Source of the DNA: Squalus acanthias | Taxonomy: Eukaryota | Direction: 5' to 3' | Length of the DNA stretch: 64,000 bases | Assembly: GCA_030390025.1 (NCBI GenBank) | Contig: CM059438.1 | Location: 33,852,001 to 33,916,000 of the forward strand | Shown: in pieces, positions 22,316 to 35,989 of the stretch | How the letters are laid out: the number at the start of each line of letters is the position of its first letter | Position numbering within the stretch: position 1 is the first letter of the stretch | Position numbers and translations under genes: made by a program | Notes under the pieces: model-generated | Seen by the model: the letters and a program-made list of their open reading frames with translations, nothing else | What the model was told of the DNA's origin: nothing | Database searches by the model: none

Positions 22316-23459
22316 CATAACTTTGTTGCCCTTTGCATTCAAGCAATAGAGAGGAACACTTAACCAAAGCATAAACATGAGGCAATGTGGATTTAAAACA
22401 AGTTTAGATTGACTTGCCAATCACCAAAATGTGCCTGTCCCTTAAGAAGGTGGCAATGTGGATGCACAGGGACAAAATGTTCTTCTCTGCATATTTGTGA
22501 TATTATTTTCCATATATATTCCTATCCACGGGGACAGTTGTAAACATCTGTCAGTTATGGTTGAAGCCAAACAATTGAAAAAAATGTTTTATTTAAAAGA
22601 ACAATCCAGTGAAGACCCCTACCTCTGATTATCTGGCAGTTTTATGATGGATGTTCATTCACACGTTGCAGATGGTCCCATTGCTCCAGTGGTGAGTAGT
22701 TGTCTGCATTTGCTGACAATCTAAGGAGCTGCGTCTCTATTCCATGGTGATCTAACAAGACTTTCTTACCAGCAGTTATCGGAACTGGAATTGCATTTGG
22801 ACTTCAATAATGAAGCCACAAAATCTGAAATCCCTTAAAGTCTGAAAGTTCATCCCTACCAGAAAGTTAATATTTTGAAAACTAGATTTCTCTTAAGCTG
22901 CATATTTCTGGATTGTTTAATGTGAATTGTGCATTAGACCATAGCTTTATGATGTTGATTAATGTCCATTGAGGAAGTAATTCAAACTGACATGACTCAC
23001 TTATGATGATTAACAATTAGAGGGTGACAGATAAATAGACCATATTTCCCTGCGTGTGTTAGCTTTTACAAAAAGGAATAAACTAATGAGCAAGACCCAT
23101 AGAAAGCGGCAATGGACTTTTCTTCTGATTATGCCGCTAGTCTTAATTTTGTCCCCATGATAAAATGTGTTTATAACAATTAACAAGAAAAAAACATATT
23201 GATTGTCTGTCTGTCTTGCTGTCTACACCTTGGAGTTAATATGATTCTTCTAAAATACAGCTATTGAAATCTTGCCATTCCTTCACAAAACTTGACCTGG
23301 ACAGAAAAATGGGCAGGTTTAATTACTGGCACGCACTTTGATCTGCACTCTGACCTGCCTGGGCACAGACCCAGGGAGATCTCCCTTTAATTGTTCTTTT
23401 CCAGGTAGTGATTACCATCTGTTGGGCACAACGTCATACTTTTAGTGGCAACATTTTAG

Positions 23460-23905
23460 TGTCAGCCGTGGCTCTGTGGTAACATTCTCGCACCTGAGTC
23501 AGAAGGTTGTGGGCTCATAGTCCCACAAAGGACCTAAGCACAAAATCTAGTGCAGTAAGAAGGAGTGCTGCGCTGTCGGAGGTGCCTTCTTTTGAATGAG
23601 ATGTTAAACTGAGGCCCTGTCAGCCCTCTCCGTTGGACGTAAAAGATTCCACGACATTATTTCAAAGAAGAGCAGGGGAGTTCTCCCTAGTGTCATGAGC
23701 AATCTTTATCCATCAAGGAACATCACTAAAAAAAAGATTAACTGGTCATTTATTACATTGCTGTCTGTGGGAGCTTGCTGTGTGCAAATTGGCTGCCGTG
23801 TGTCCTACAGTACAACAGTACATCAATAACGTACTTCATTGGCTGTAAAGTGTTTTGGGACGTCCTGCGGTTGTGAATGGTGCTATATAAATGCAAGTCT
23901 TTCTT
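23460..23905 (+). mobile_element. SacSINE1/DeuSINE-like SINE
   Basis: Homologous over its full length to 13648-14100. Confidence 0.85.
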
Positions 23906-24999
23906 TTTACTTTCTTTATGTTCTTGACTTCAAGCATTTAAACATAAATTTTCTACTCGTTATAATTGATGAATGGAAAATCATAGGCTGGGAGCACATG
24001 ATTTCCTGATATACACTCCCAGCATGCACCAGGAATGCACTATTATTAGCCCAGTTTTAACTCGGGCGGCAGTTGTGCAGGGTGGGGGCGGAGGCGGGTT
24101 GCAAACCATCCCGATGTTGGCAGCAGTTTCCAAGTATTTATGTAAAATAAATGACAAAGTCTCAAAATGGTTCAGGGGAGAATTTTAGCCGCACATATAT
24201 AATCAAAAGTGATAATTGACTTAAAGAAATGTATTCTCTATAAACAATCTGTGTTTTCCTTTCCAAACATCAACAAAGAAAAGGCTATGAGTAGCTGTTG
24301 TTAGTCACAGTCGTGTTTCTCACATAACAGCTCTTCTGTATTTTTTGTACGGTGTTTATAATCGAAAAGCACAATTGTAATATATTTATATCAATTCATC
24401 ACTTGTCCAAAATAAAAGCTTTGAGAATTCAATCTCTGTTTCTTTCAAAGTATTTTGGAAAAACCAAAGAAGCTGTCACATCCTCACAGGATGAGAGGAC
24501 ACACCATTCTTCCCTTCAACTCCTGTTGATGCACAGATTGCATGCTGGGACTTGATGCAAAATACACACGCTCACAGTGCATTGATGTGATTGCACCCTG
24601 AGGCCTTCAAGTAAAAACTGTAATGTAGGCATTAAAAGACACAACAGACAATTCAATGGATAAACTTAATCATATCATTGTGAAATTGATAATGTTTTGA
24701 ATTTTTTGATTTGTTTAATCTCTTATTTTGGACATTGAAAATTTAAGACTAAGTCAAGTCAATACAAATAGGATTGACACAAGCATAAAAATGATACAAT
24801 TCTGAAAAAAATAACTAAAATTACCCATAAAATTAGTTAATTCATGTTATAGCCTGGCCCTTTGGTCTGGAGTGTGGGCCATGAGTTAAAACTTTCACTT
24901 GTCCCTGGGTGCTGGAAATCTTTTACTGCTGTTGACAAATTTTGTATGTGTGTGGAGCACTTCAGATGGTTTTTTTCTTGCGTTGCACCGACGTTTGCA

Positions 25000-26290
25000 C
25001 CTGGACCTGAAGTGAATATTTAGGAGGCGATTTGATAGTGACCGCACACATTGCAGCCCGAATCAGTCAGACGGTTAATAGTAGAGAGGACATGGTAGGT
25101 AAGGAGGTGAGTCATGCCTCTGTCATTCTTATTAGGTTGTGAATGGGGAATAGTGTCTTCATTTACTTTGGTCAACATTGTGAGGTCATTAAACCTGCGT
25201 AGCAGTCTATGGGGTGCTGACGGTTTCACTAATTGCCTAGGCAACCTGCTACCATAATGTCTGTACCACCCTCTTATGGGACTTCCTGTTCTCAGTCCCC
25301 CAGGAGTCCTTTCTCTACAACCCTCACTTCTGCAAGTAAAACAGCCATGGATGCCAACAGAAAGCCTGTGAGCCTTTCCTGCTGCTGATCCCTCCCCCTC
25401 TGAGGGTGCTGCTACTTCACACATTCTGGCTGACTTCCCTTTCTTCTGTAGGTTTCCAGAATTCCCACAAGCGTTTGCTCCTTTATTCAGCTGCAGCATT
25501 TTTAATTACTTAATTTCCCTGCCTCCCAGTGGTGATAATCCAACGAGCGATGGTTTTACCACTGTAAACCCACCGTGAATACTTAATGAGAGCCACTCCA
25601 GGAAAAAGAAGCAGTTCAGGAACTAGCAGACAGAGGCACAGAGCCACTTGAATCGCAATCAGCTCCCACTTAAAGCTTGAAGCGCGACAGCACACTTACT
25701 CTTTCCACTGGCTACCCGCAGGTTCGGGATTACCCAGTGCACAACGCTAAGGGAGAGCACTGACATGACCCAAAGTATGTAGAAATTATATTTGACCAAA
25801 GCGTTTGCTTCTGATTGTGCAGAATAAGGTAGCAGAGCAGCAAATGATTAGATATTAGTGATATTTAAGGAAGTGCAGTGGGCAATGTTATAGAAGGTGT
25901 TTAAAGACACTTTCTGGGTTACACGTGGTCCCTTAAACAGAAGCTCAGGCTGAATGTATCTAGAGTACCAGTGCTCCTGGCTGCACTGCTGTATTTGCAG
26001 CTGCATCCTCTTGGTCAGTATCTGTGTCCTGGCCTTGATTTCAGATCGCTGAATAGCAAATTTATGTAGCATGCAGCAGATAATGATGATCCTGGAAGGC
26101 TGCACTATACCGTGCTCCTGATGTGCTCAGACGTCTGAAATACTGCTCCAAGGTGCCAATGGCATACACAATAATGATCCTGGTAGTTCCATGGGCAGCG
26201 TTACATCTGCCGTCTGCCTGTGTCTGTAGCTTCTGCCAGACATCATTAGCTAGGATTGGCTAGTTTTCTTTGGGTCTCACTATTGGAGTT
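25000..26290 (-). pseudogene. Old Harbinger relic (transposase C-terminus and Myb remnant)
   Basis: IIICCMLHKFAIQR (compare CCMLHNMAILR) near 26060; RRFNDLT near 25190. Confidence 0.55.
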
Positions 26291-27592
26291 GTGCTGCATA
26301 AAATCATCAGCAGTAACACGGTGTACACCCAACATTTTGACATCAGCATCAGTAACCACTTATTGTCAAAAAGAGGAAAATATACCCATAAATTTTTAAA
26401 AGCCATTTTCATCCAATTTAGCAAGATTTTTTTACCACAGGCTCAATTCCTCCAACAGCCAGAGCTGAAAACTTTGCAGTAACAGAACACTAAACTGCTG
26501 AGAATGTTATATCTGTGGAAGTTCATGCCTTTCTCAAACCAGTTCAGAAAATACTTATTTGAATGTTAGTTGCTGTATTTTAAGGAACATATGCAATCAG
26601 TGACAGGACTACTGATGTAAATGCACACCAGCAAAGCCATTGCATGGTGTTCACAACGTAGTCATGTATCTTTTAAGCTATTTTACCAAAATTGTAATAG
26701 CAATAATGTAACAAACCTACTGATGTTGCACAAAGAGTTTAGGAACTAGAAGTAAGCCATTATTCTCTATTTGCTCCCCTCTTCCCCTGAAGGAACGGAT
26801 TCTTTCTGGAACACAGTTTCACATTTCTTTAATACTTTGCCCATGTGGCCGTCCTTCCTGTATGAGCCTAGGGGTGGGAACATTGCCGGTGGGAGGAGGA
26901 AAGCCGAGGTCTGTATTTCATGAAAGTAAAGATACATTTGGAATTTAAATTACAACCTTATACTCAGCCTGTCATGTTGGTTTTTGTAGCATTAAAAATG
27001 TCACCAGCAAGAAAGCAGAGTTCTATGAATGCTCTTGTGCATATATAAATGACATAGGTCTTCTCTCCTCTCACAAGAGAATGGTCCAAGTAGGCTATTT
27101 AACTCAATGCTGCCAGCTCACAATTCCCTTTGGTGAGGCACCAGTCCTGGCAGAGTATCTGGTATATTTGTCTAATATTTCAGCTGTTTCAATTTTTGCT
27201 CCTTCCATTGTATTCCTTATGAGTTATATAAATATCGGTGAAACAGTTGTATTACTGTATCTATGATTAATAGTGAAAGATCCAATAAAATGCACTAAAT
27301 AATAATGTCTTGGTCAGTTTACATGATGTCACTGTTGGATGCTGCATCCAAATGGTAGTGGTTGACAGAATTCTGCTAAATAATTTAGAACGTTATAAAC
27401 TAGCAATAAAAGGATTCAATATTGAGTCTCTCGTGTTGCATTATTCACATTGAACGATTCAGCTTATCTGATTTCTCATATCTACAACCCTGACAAACTT
27501 TGCTCACTAAAAATTTATGAAGTCCAAAAGATATAACAAAATATCAACAAAATCCCTCAAAATATGCTCACAATTACACAAATAAACAACAT

Positions 27593-27970
27593 GGCCCAGA
27601 AATTAGGCTCCCTGGCTTCCCGCGGGTGCAAGGATCCCGCGCGCACCTAGCTACCGCGCCTGCCGTTGACCTCTGGGCCCACGGGGACTTCAGCTCCTGG
27701 GCCTCCTGCAGCTGCCGGCGCGCAGTGCTTGTGTATCCCAGGGGCGTAGTTAGTGCGATGCGTCCCCTGGGATCACGTGGGCCATGGAGAGCCAATGGCA
27801 GCAGACCATCTTTCATTCATAGATTTGACAGGACCTGTCAAATCTATGAATTGAAATCGGCCCCAAAACAACACCTAAACTTCAAATAATTTTTTTTAAA
27901 ACCATCACATTTTTAAAATAACTATAAGTTAAATAAATTAACTACTTTAAACAAAAATTTAAATTTTTGA
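27593..27970. mobile_element. Truncated GGCCCAGAAATT-family MITE
   Basis: Reverse-complement homology to about 62480-62852, including the hairpin attcatagatttgacagg...cctgtcaaatctatgaat. Confidence 0.8.
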
Positions 27971-27974
27971 GAAA

Positions 27975-28257
27975 GAGTCTGCTCTCTCAGGTGGACGTAA
28001 AAGATCCCATGGCACTATTTCAAAGAAGAACAGGGTGTCCTGGCCAATATTTATCCCTCAATCAACATAACAAAAACAGATTATCTGGTCATTATCACAT
28101 TGCTGTTTGTGGGAGCTTGCTGTGCGCAGATTGGCTGCCGCCTATCCCACATTACAACAGTGACTACACTCCAAAAGTACTTCATTGGCTGTAAAGCGCT
28201 TTGAGGCGTCCGGTGGTCGTGAAAGGCGCTATATAAATGCAAGTCTTTCTTTCTTTC
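27975..28257 (+). mobile_element. 5'-truncated SacSINE1/DeuSINE-like SINE
   Basis: Homologous to the 3' half of 13648-14100. Confidence 0.85.
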
Positions 28258-28805
28258 TAATGCAACCTTGGAAATAATCTAGTTGTGTTTTGTACGGCTA
28301 GTAATTTGCTAAATTATATGAAAGAGAAACATTTACCATATGTAAAAGCCAGTGTAGCTACATAATTAAAGGTCTGTGTCTCATGTGCAACCATCACATG
28401 CCTTTGAAAAGCATCACACCTCATAAACTTTATACACTTCAAAGCATCATTCATCCGAAGGGTGAAAATTAGTGTTTGGGAGCAAAAAGAAATCGAGCCC
28501 TTCAGCCAACAATCAAATATCCATTCAAAAATAAATATGAACAAATCAAAAAGACAAAGTACCAAACAACCCCAGCAGAAAACCGAGCACTCAAAGCCCT
28601 AGCCTTTTTACAAAGTTACCATTCGCAAACTAACAAGTACTAAACACCAACCTATCAAATTGCTCAGATAGCCTTACACTACTTTCAGCTGCCATGTTTC
28701 TTCTTCACTCAGGTCAGTCTCTACAGCTAGAAATAATATTTATAACAGAAACACATATAAAAATAATATGTTTGGAGCATGTTATGATTTCTCCATTTTA
28801 CTCAC

Positions 28806-28938
28806 CTTCTAAACCCCCCCGTTAAAGTCACACTGGCATCAGGTGTGCACTCATGGACAAGATCCTTTATAATTTGACCCACAGCATTTGCCTCAGCTTT
28901 CATTACAGCACTATTGATGTCTTCATAGTACAAAAAAC
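28806..28938 (-). CDS. DNTT: TdT internal exon (exon 7 equivalent): G-FLYYEDINSAVMKAEANAVGQIIKDLVHECTPDASVTLTGGFRR
   Basis: cctag| acceptor, |gtgag donor; 133 bp, phase 1-2; the TGGFRR motif is typical of TdT/Pol mu and GFLYYED of TdT. Confidence 0.94.
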
Positions 28939-31104
28939 CTAGGGAGAGGAAAGCTTCATTAAGCACTTTGATGTGTGGCTGCATCCTGAAAGTTAAACCC
29001 TGGTTAAAGCAGAAAGTTGAAAACACCAACCCTTACATTTTACACCCTGAATAGCTATTTTTTTTCCATGACAACAGCAATAAACAGCCGCATACAAACT
29101 AAAATGCACAGAGAAGCAGGTCCATAGGTTATGTTTGAACGTATTTGTTTATAATTCGGACAGAGATCCCAAGAATTCCTAGTTGCTCCCGCAAATCTAG
29201 AAATTCATGTCCCGACACGTAGTAAAATCACTATATTCTATCAGCCTTGGAGGAGATTGGACCCATGCCAGTAATAGATTTAATGTGTGACCACCTAGTT
29301 CCAATAAACCACACAGATTAGCTTGTTTAATTTCTTCCAAACTTCAAAGCATAATTGTGCGCAGAGTGTGTAATCTGGCCTGCATGAGTAAGGCAGTGTT
29401 GTTTCGTGCACCACCCTTGTACTTCCCAGGTAACAACGACAAAGGCAAAAGACAAACAATACCCTACACATGTTAGCCAAGTTTGGCCTCAGGCTCTTAA
29501 GTTTGAGGGTGTTATTAGTCCGGTCTCTGTAACACATGTCTACTGGAATCATAGGCCCTGAAAATTCATGTGAGCCTGAGAATTACGCCATGATCACGCC
29601 AGTTGGGAACCTCCGTAGCAGATCCCAGCGGATATTCTGGGGTCAGGGGGAGGTTCCCTACTTTTAATTCCATTAATTTGTGCCCATGCCACTGGGGGCA
29701 CATCTAGGGTAATCGCTATATCAGGAAGGCAGAGGAGTGCAGGGTCATGAGTGCCGGGTTCCCCCTTTCCCCCCCCAGAAGGAACTTGTAGATGCTCCCT
29801 CTGCACAGCCCCCTTTAAAGATAAAAATGGGTTAAATTTGGGTTGGAGTTCAGGCCTTGATCCCTGCCTGGACCTCCAGGTGGTCCTCACATTCCGCCAG
29901 TCATCAGAGAGATACGCCACATCTAACCGCTCATACTTCTGCCGACTATACACTGGGTCTCTCTGAGGCTTTGAATTATGGTAACTTGGACACAAAGCCA
30001 GGATCTGCCCTATATTTCTCAGGCACAAAGCATTGAGCCACATTTCTGCAACTTCTGTTTTGCCCCCATCATTCTGGGGTTTCCCTCAGGTGCCTACACT
30101 TGCAGTATGTGTGAGCAATCAAAAGCCGTGAAAATTAAGCAGAAACATCTCTCACCTCATTTCTCTGGGTCATTACTTGCCAGAAAGCCAAGTATAGTGA
30201 CATCCACAATTAATAGGCCTTAATACTTCCCCCTGCCTCCCTCAGAATGGAGGATTGAGAGGGGCAGGCAGCAAGGCCATGGACGACAAGGAAAATTAAG
30301 TGCCACATTTCTTCAGGACCAGTCGGAAGACTACTAGGGCTGGAGGTCTTCTGATTGCTGTTTGTTGATGGCAATCAGAAGGCCCCAAAGCTGGCAGCCA
30401 TTACTGTTGCTTCAAGCCTCTAAACTGAAGCAGCAGTTGGTTTTCTACCCCCATTTCCAGATACAAGCCTTTGCCAAGGAGTAGGCCTGGTCCTGGGGTA
30501 CATAAGGACGTTAAAATGACCTGAACCTGGAAATACAGTGGGGTTCAGGCCAGGTCAGAGGTCAGGTCAGGTCAGGTGGACTGTGCTTCAGGTCTATTGG
30601 CTTGTGCCCAGGTGGATTGAGGAGAGGAAATCATTTATTTAAACATAACCATGCAGGAATACAGATTGGAGCAGTTCCACCAAACAGGGTTACATTGGAT
30701 CTTGTTTCAGTCCAGACCAATTACTCCAGTTCAGCTGTTTCATTTACCTCTGGATTCAACTAAATGGAGTATTGCCCACATGCTGATTCTTTAGTAATAG
30801 TCCCAGTCCATGGGCCCTATATGAGCACTCTGATTCCCAACCAGTTTGTTAGTCTCAGGTTGTCTCCACCAGTTATTGGATGGAACTTCTTTGTCCAAAG
30901 CAATCATCTAGTCATTGACCTGTTGAGCTTTATTACAATACGAGGATGGCCATTTCCATCCCTATCTCCTTTTCCCCTTTGAATAGCAGGAACTAAGCTA
31001 AAACTTATCACTTCCTCTAGTGGGCCATGACTCTGGTTAACATGTTCCACTCTGCATTGCTTGTTCCACGTCTCTCTGCTATAATCAAAGTCTACCCACA
31101 AAGT

Positions 31105-31330
31105 TTCTCACATTACAACAATGTCTACACTTCAAAAAAAAGTACTTCATTGGCTGTAAAGCGCTTTGGGACATTCGGTGGTCATGAAAGGCGCTATATA
31201 AATGCAAGTCTTTCTTTTTTACTTAGCCTTCCCAGTTCAGACGAAAGGTCATCGACCTGAAACGTTAACTCTGTTTCTCTCTCCATAGATGCTGCCTGAC
31301 CTGCTGAGTACTTCCAGCATTTTCTGTTTC
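31105..31330 (+). mobile_element. SINE 3' tail (31105-31220) abutting a Penelope terminal fragment (31228-31330) with a mutated hammerhead core
   Basis: ttcattggctgtaaagcgcttt...atataaatgcaag, then agtt-CAGACGA-aaggtcatcgacct-GAAACGTT-aact. Confidence 0.75.
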
Positions 31331-32841
31331 TAGTTTAGCCTGCTCAGGTCCCTGTTACTGAGCCCACTAATGTTTAGAAGCAAATCCACTTCAGCTGCTA
31401 TATATTCAAACAATGGTGCGAATAATAAACATCAATGAGCAGAACATAACCAATCATTTGACTCAAACTTGGCCCTTTAAGGGGTGACTCCTTTGAAGGT
31501 GTAGGTAACTGCGAACATTTCTATCATTAACCCCACACCTTACTATAATGATACCTCGTCAGAATATCTGAGGAAATGTTTATAACCATTGATGCTTTTC
31601 TTTTGATTCTGACAGTAAGGGTTTCTGACGTAGTGAGAATATTGCTAATTTATGCATAAAATATTACTATTTTGTGATATCTTCATCAGTTTATTTTTCT
31701 TTGGAGGACCTCATGTGAAGCAGATAACTAATCAAAGTATCAGAAAGCCATGTTATTTTAGTGAAATATCAGACTCACTATATCACATAACTACCCAAGA
31801 TCAAAAACAAGACATCAAAGGCTTTTTCCTGAAGGCCCCAGTCAAATCTGAATGGTATTCTCATCCTAAATAAAGGAGTGTGTTGTAGTTTGGTAAGAAC
31901 ATTATTCTATTTTAACATGATTAGCAATATAATTTAATCTATTATCATTCTGCAAAATATGTCAAAATACATTTGGTACGCTACAAGTTAAAAGAGAAAT
32001 TCAGCAATTAGAAGATTTAACCACCAATTTAATTCAGAGATAACAGGCCGATTCTCCTCTTTGTGGCAGTGTTCTGGTGGGGTGGGACTTCCACTCACAT
32101 CTCCTATACCACCTCAACCCTGACTCAGTTGAGATCATTTCAAAAGCAGGATTCCCACCGAGAGGTAGCCTGCCAATACAACGGAGATAAAGCATGGCAG
32201 CGCTGCAGTGTGTACACCACTGCATCACCCAAAGAGGCGACAAAGGACCTTAAAGGGGCAGAAGCACCCGAAAGACAAAATGGAAAATTTATTTTAGGCC
32301 TCTGCTGATGTCAAGGTCTACTACACAGGTGAAGCTTTGGGGCAGAAGTGGACAGAGCGGGGCCCTCTACTAGGCCCTCTTCTTTCATTTAAAGAATTTT
32401 GGGGCCTTTTTGCCACTATCTTGGCTTAATGCCACCTTCCACCAGGTAGTCCTGGCAAGCTATGGTAACCGGGGTGGATGACAGGGAAATAGGCTTGGAG
32501 CTGAGGCCCCACCAGCATTTACATGTAATGGGCAAGGAAGGAGTGGCCAGCAATGGTCCCGGCCAGGACAGGGGTGGGAAATCAAGGTCAGGTGATGGTA
32601 GGCCTCATGGCACCATTTTCTTGCCAATTTTGGGCAGGATCATGGAGGAAAGTCCAGCCCAACCTATCACTAATGCCCCACAAAGCTCATTACATGAATG
32701 CATACCGCAAACAGTTTTGAACACAACTTTGCTTTTGCTTCACAATGTAATGTGTACCTACTATGGAGCAGGGAGATAATGAAGAGAAAATCGAGATAAA
32801 CAGAATTATAGTAGCGCATATTTTTGACCATTATGTTATTA

Positions 32842-33006
<165 letters not shown>

Positions 33007-33570
33007 CTACAGCAAGATAAATTACATTAATTGGATCCTGTTACTCTGTCAAGGGTCGTGGCTGCACTACATATTCATCGTTAACTTTCTTACATTGTTT
33101 TCAACAAATGCATCAAAATATTACAGGGAGACAAAGTGCTGTGAATAAATATGCAAACTTTTTCTGACAGAATTTTACTAAAGTTGAAATAAATAGCTAT
33201 TATAATCTTGCTAACGCTGTCTTCTTTATCTCACACCAAACTAAATTCCAAAGTTTCTATAGATTTACATAGAAATGAATCAGCTTCAATAATCTCGTCC
33301 CTGAGTGATAAGAACTACTGGGGGGAAAATTCGGTCGCACCCCCTTTGGGGCGCTAACTTCATCGGGCGCTACTTTTAGCACCCCGAAAAGGTTAACACC
33401 CCCGCGCCGTAAATTGAGTGGTAGCGCCCCAAGCAGGAGGCGGGGCGCTACTGGAAGCGCTCCCCCTCCTTCCTGGGGCGCTACCATTCAATATTGCGAC
33501 GCTACGTGCAACAGCACCACGCGCGCGGCACGTAGCACCGCGATACTACAGGCCTCCCTCCCCTGATTAA

Positions 33571-33872
33571 TGTGAGAAGTCGCACAACACCAGGTTATAG
33601 TCCAACAGCTTTATTTGAAATCACAAGCTTTCGGAGCGCTGCTCCTTCGTCAGGTGAAGTGAAGAGATGCATATAGGCACAGCATATATAGTCAGAGAAC
33701 ATAGTCTCTGACTATATATGCTGTGCCTATATGCATCTCTTCACTTCACCTGATGAAGGAGCAGCGCTCCGAAAGCTTGTGATTTCAAATAAAGCTGTTG
33801 GACTATAATCTGGTGTTGTGCGACTTCTCACATTTGTCCACCCCAGTCCAACACCGGCATCTCCACATCATG
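33571..33872. mobile_element. Palindromic Penelope-derived insertion with a 12-bp TSD (tcccctgattaa at 33559-33570 and 33873-33884)
   Basis: 128-bp arms (33571-33698 and 33705-33832), 6-nt loop, 2 mismatches; hammerhead motif in each arm. Confidence 0.9.
33746..33782 (+). ncRNA. Minimal hammerhead ribozyme motif (mirror copy on the minus strand at 33621-33657)
   Basis: tcac-CTGATGA-aggagc agc gctcc-GAAA-GC-TT-gtga; palindromic AAGCTT helix III. Confidence 0.75.
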
Positions 33873-34436
33873 TCCCCTGATTAAAGGGGAGGTGCCTAGC
33901 GCAGCATGCACCGGGGCCCTGCTAGACCACTGGGGAGCGGGGTGCCGGGAAAACAGCCCAACACTCCTGATCAATCGCGGCTGGCACCCCACATGAGGGA
34001 ACAGAAAGGGGGCAAGTGCTGGCAGGGGGGCCAAAAAAAAATGGCCGCCCAGCACCTGCCCTTTAATTAGTGCCGCTGCGGCTGTAAAAACGCCCCCGAT
34101 CCTGTCGGACATATCGTCCGGCAGTAGTTCAGGGGGCACGACCGAAGTTTGCGGCCGGGGCGCTGCGCACGCCGATGACGTCATCGCTGGAGGCGCAGCT
34201 CCATGGGGCGCTACCGGCTACCACCGCCACTAACCTCCCGCTGAATTTCGCGGTAGGCGTTAGCGGCACCGTGCCGCGCCCAGGCGCTAGGCGCTTTGTG
34301 CCCTGTTAGCGCCCCCCTGGGGCACTAACGGGAGGCGCAAAGCAACCCAATTCTTCCCCCATTAAGTGCCAGAGTCAATCTAATTTGGATGCATGTCTCC
34401 CACTTTGTGCTGTAGTGGTCTTGATTACCACGTAAT

Positions 34437-35270
34437 GGGGGCAATTTTAACCCCCAAAAACAGGTGGGTTGGGGTCAAGTGAGATGTAAAAAAATGTTTT
34501 AAATCTCAAACCTGACCTCAACCCACCTCCAACACGCAACTTCCGGGTTTAACAGAGGCGGGACAGGGGACAGGCCGTTCCCAGGAGGCAGGTTGTCAAT
34601 TTAAATATTATAATGAGTCTGGGAGCCTCACATTAACCTTGGCCAGCCGGAGTTCCGGGCCTCGGGGAAATCCGACAGCTCAAGGGAGGTAAGGACAGCT
34701 TCGGGGAAAGAGGTAAGTGCCTTTACAGCACTGCGAGTAGGCCAGGAGGAGCAGGTGTGCTTCCTCCCAGCCCTCCAAGCTACCTTCTTCCCGGTCATCG
34801 GATCACACCTCCCCGCCCCCAATCCCTACCCTTGGAACACCGCCTCCCCCCCTCCAAAGACACCCACCAGGATCAGGGATACGAACCCCCACCCCGCCCC
34901 CACCCTGGATCCAACACCATCCACGGGATCGTGGATCGGACCACCCCGGGATGCAATCGTGGATCGGACCACCCCGGGATCGACCTCCCCTCTGGGATCG
35001 GTGATCAGACCCCTCCAAGATCCGGAAAACCACTCCCCCTACCACGCTCCCATTAACGCAGAAGCTGGTTCTTTACCTGCTCCTGCAGCTGTGACCTCCT
35101 CCAGAGCGTTCCCCACCCGACAGGAAGCCAACTCTGTCAATCAGAGTGGCTTCCGGGCAGGGAACCTGTTGAGAAAAAAAGACGCATGCTGTGGAGTCAA
35201 ACCCCCACAACACACGTCTGCCCCCCACCCACCCCCGCCTAGTAACCCGCCCCGTCAGTATCGGGACCAA
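34437..35270. mobile_element. Harbinger-type non-autonomous element
   Basis: Terminus gggggcaattttaacccc...gggttggggtcaagtg is homologous, inverted, to the end at about 43140-43189. Confidence 0.6.
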
Positions 35271-35384
35271 AGACTATTTTACATAGTCATGTGAGGATCT
35301 AGAACAGAGCAAAACTAGAAACACAGGAGGTCATTTTCAGCTTCGGCGGGGCGGAAAACAGGTGGTAGCAGATCGGTCTCCCGT

Positions 35385-35862
35385 CACCCCCTGCCTATCA
35401 TATTCCCCCCCACCCCCGTCACAACCCCACCCGTCACACCCCACCGCCACCCCCCCCCCCCGTCACCCGCAACCGTCACCCCACCCCCATCATCCCCCCA
35501 CCCCCCGTCACACACACCCCTTCCTTCACACCTCCCCCCCCGGTCACACACCGCCCATCGAACCCCCCCCCCCGGTCACATCACCCCCATCAACCCCCTC
35601 CCCCGTCACAACCCCACTCGTCACACCCCACCATCACCCCCCCCCCGTCACCCCCCCACCTCACCCACAACCATCACCCCAACCCCATCATCCCCCCACC
35701 CCCCGTCACACACACCCTTCCCTTCACACCTCCCCCCCCGGTCACACACCGCCCATCGCACCCCCCCCCCCCGCCCCCCCGGTCACAACACCCCCATCAC
35801 CCTCCTCCCCCGTCAGTTACCCACCCCCAATCACACCTCTCCCATCACCCCCCCCACCCCGT
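35385..35862. repeat. C-rich low-complexity tract (ccccgtcac motifs) with an internal duplication of about 190 bp
   Basis: Dense C runs; about 35460-35610 repeated at about 35650-35810. Confidence 0.85.
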
Positions 35863-35989
35863 ATTTCCCTTTCCATTGATAGGCTGCCGATCCACAATTT
35901 GTCAAAGTTGAACATTTCCCTATAATGTTTCTATAACAACTATAAACCAGTTGGACCTGATTGTGCTGCCACCCAATGTATCTGCTTAC

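Larger units (their letters stand above)
33320..34360. mobile_element. Non-autonomous element with termini related to the intact Harbinger
   Basis: Left end ggggaaaattcggtcgcaccc.tttggggcgc resembles the 13617 end; right end ctaacgggaggcgcaa...aattcttccccc resembles the 3600/9417 end. Confidence 0.85.

Noticed and set aside
28677-28730. Possible small alternative DNTT exon (ag...gtaagg) just after exon 7, reminiscent of TdT long isoforms
   Set aside because: An in-frame stop follows from either acceptor in the phase required by exon 7
33828-33880. GHDVE peptide on the minus strand resembling the TdT catalytic GHDVD motif
   Set aside because: It lies between exons 5 and 6 (wrong order), has no suitable splice context, and is part of the Penelope-derived insertion
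35362-35925. Pro/His-rich 187-aa ORF
   Set aside because: Artefact of C-rich low-complexity sequence
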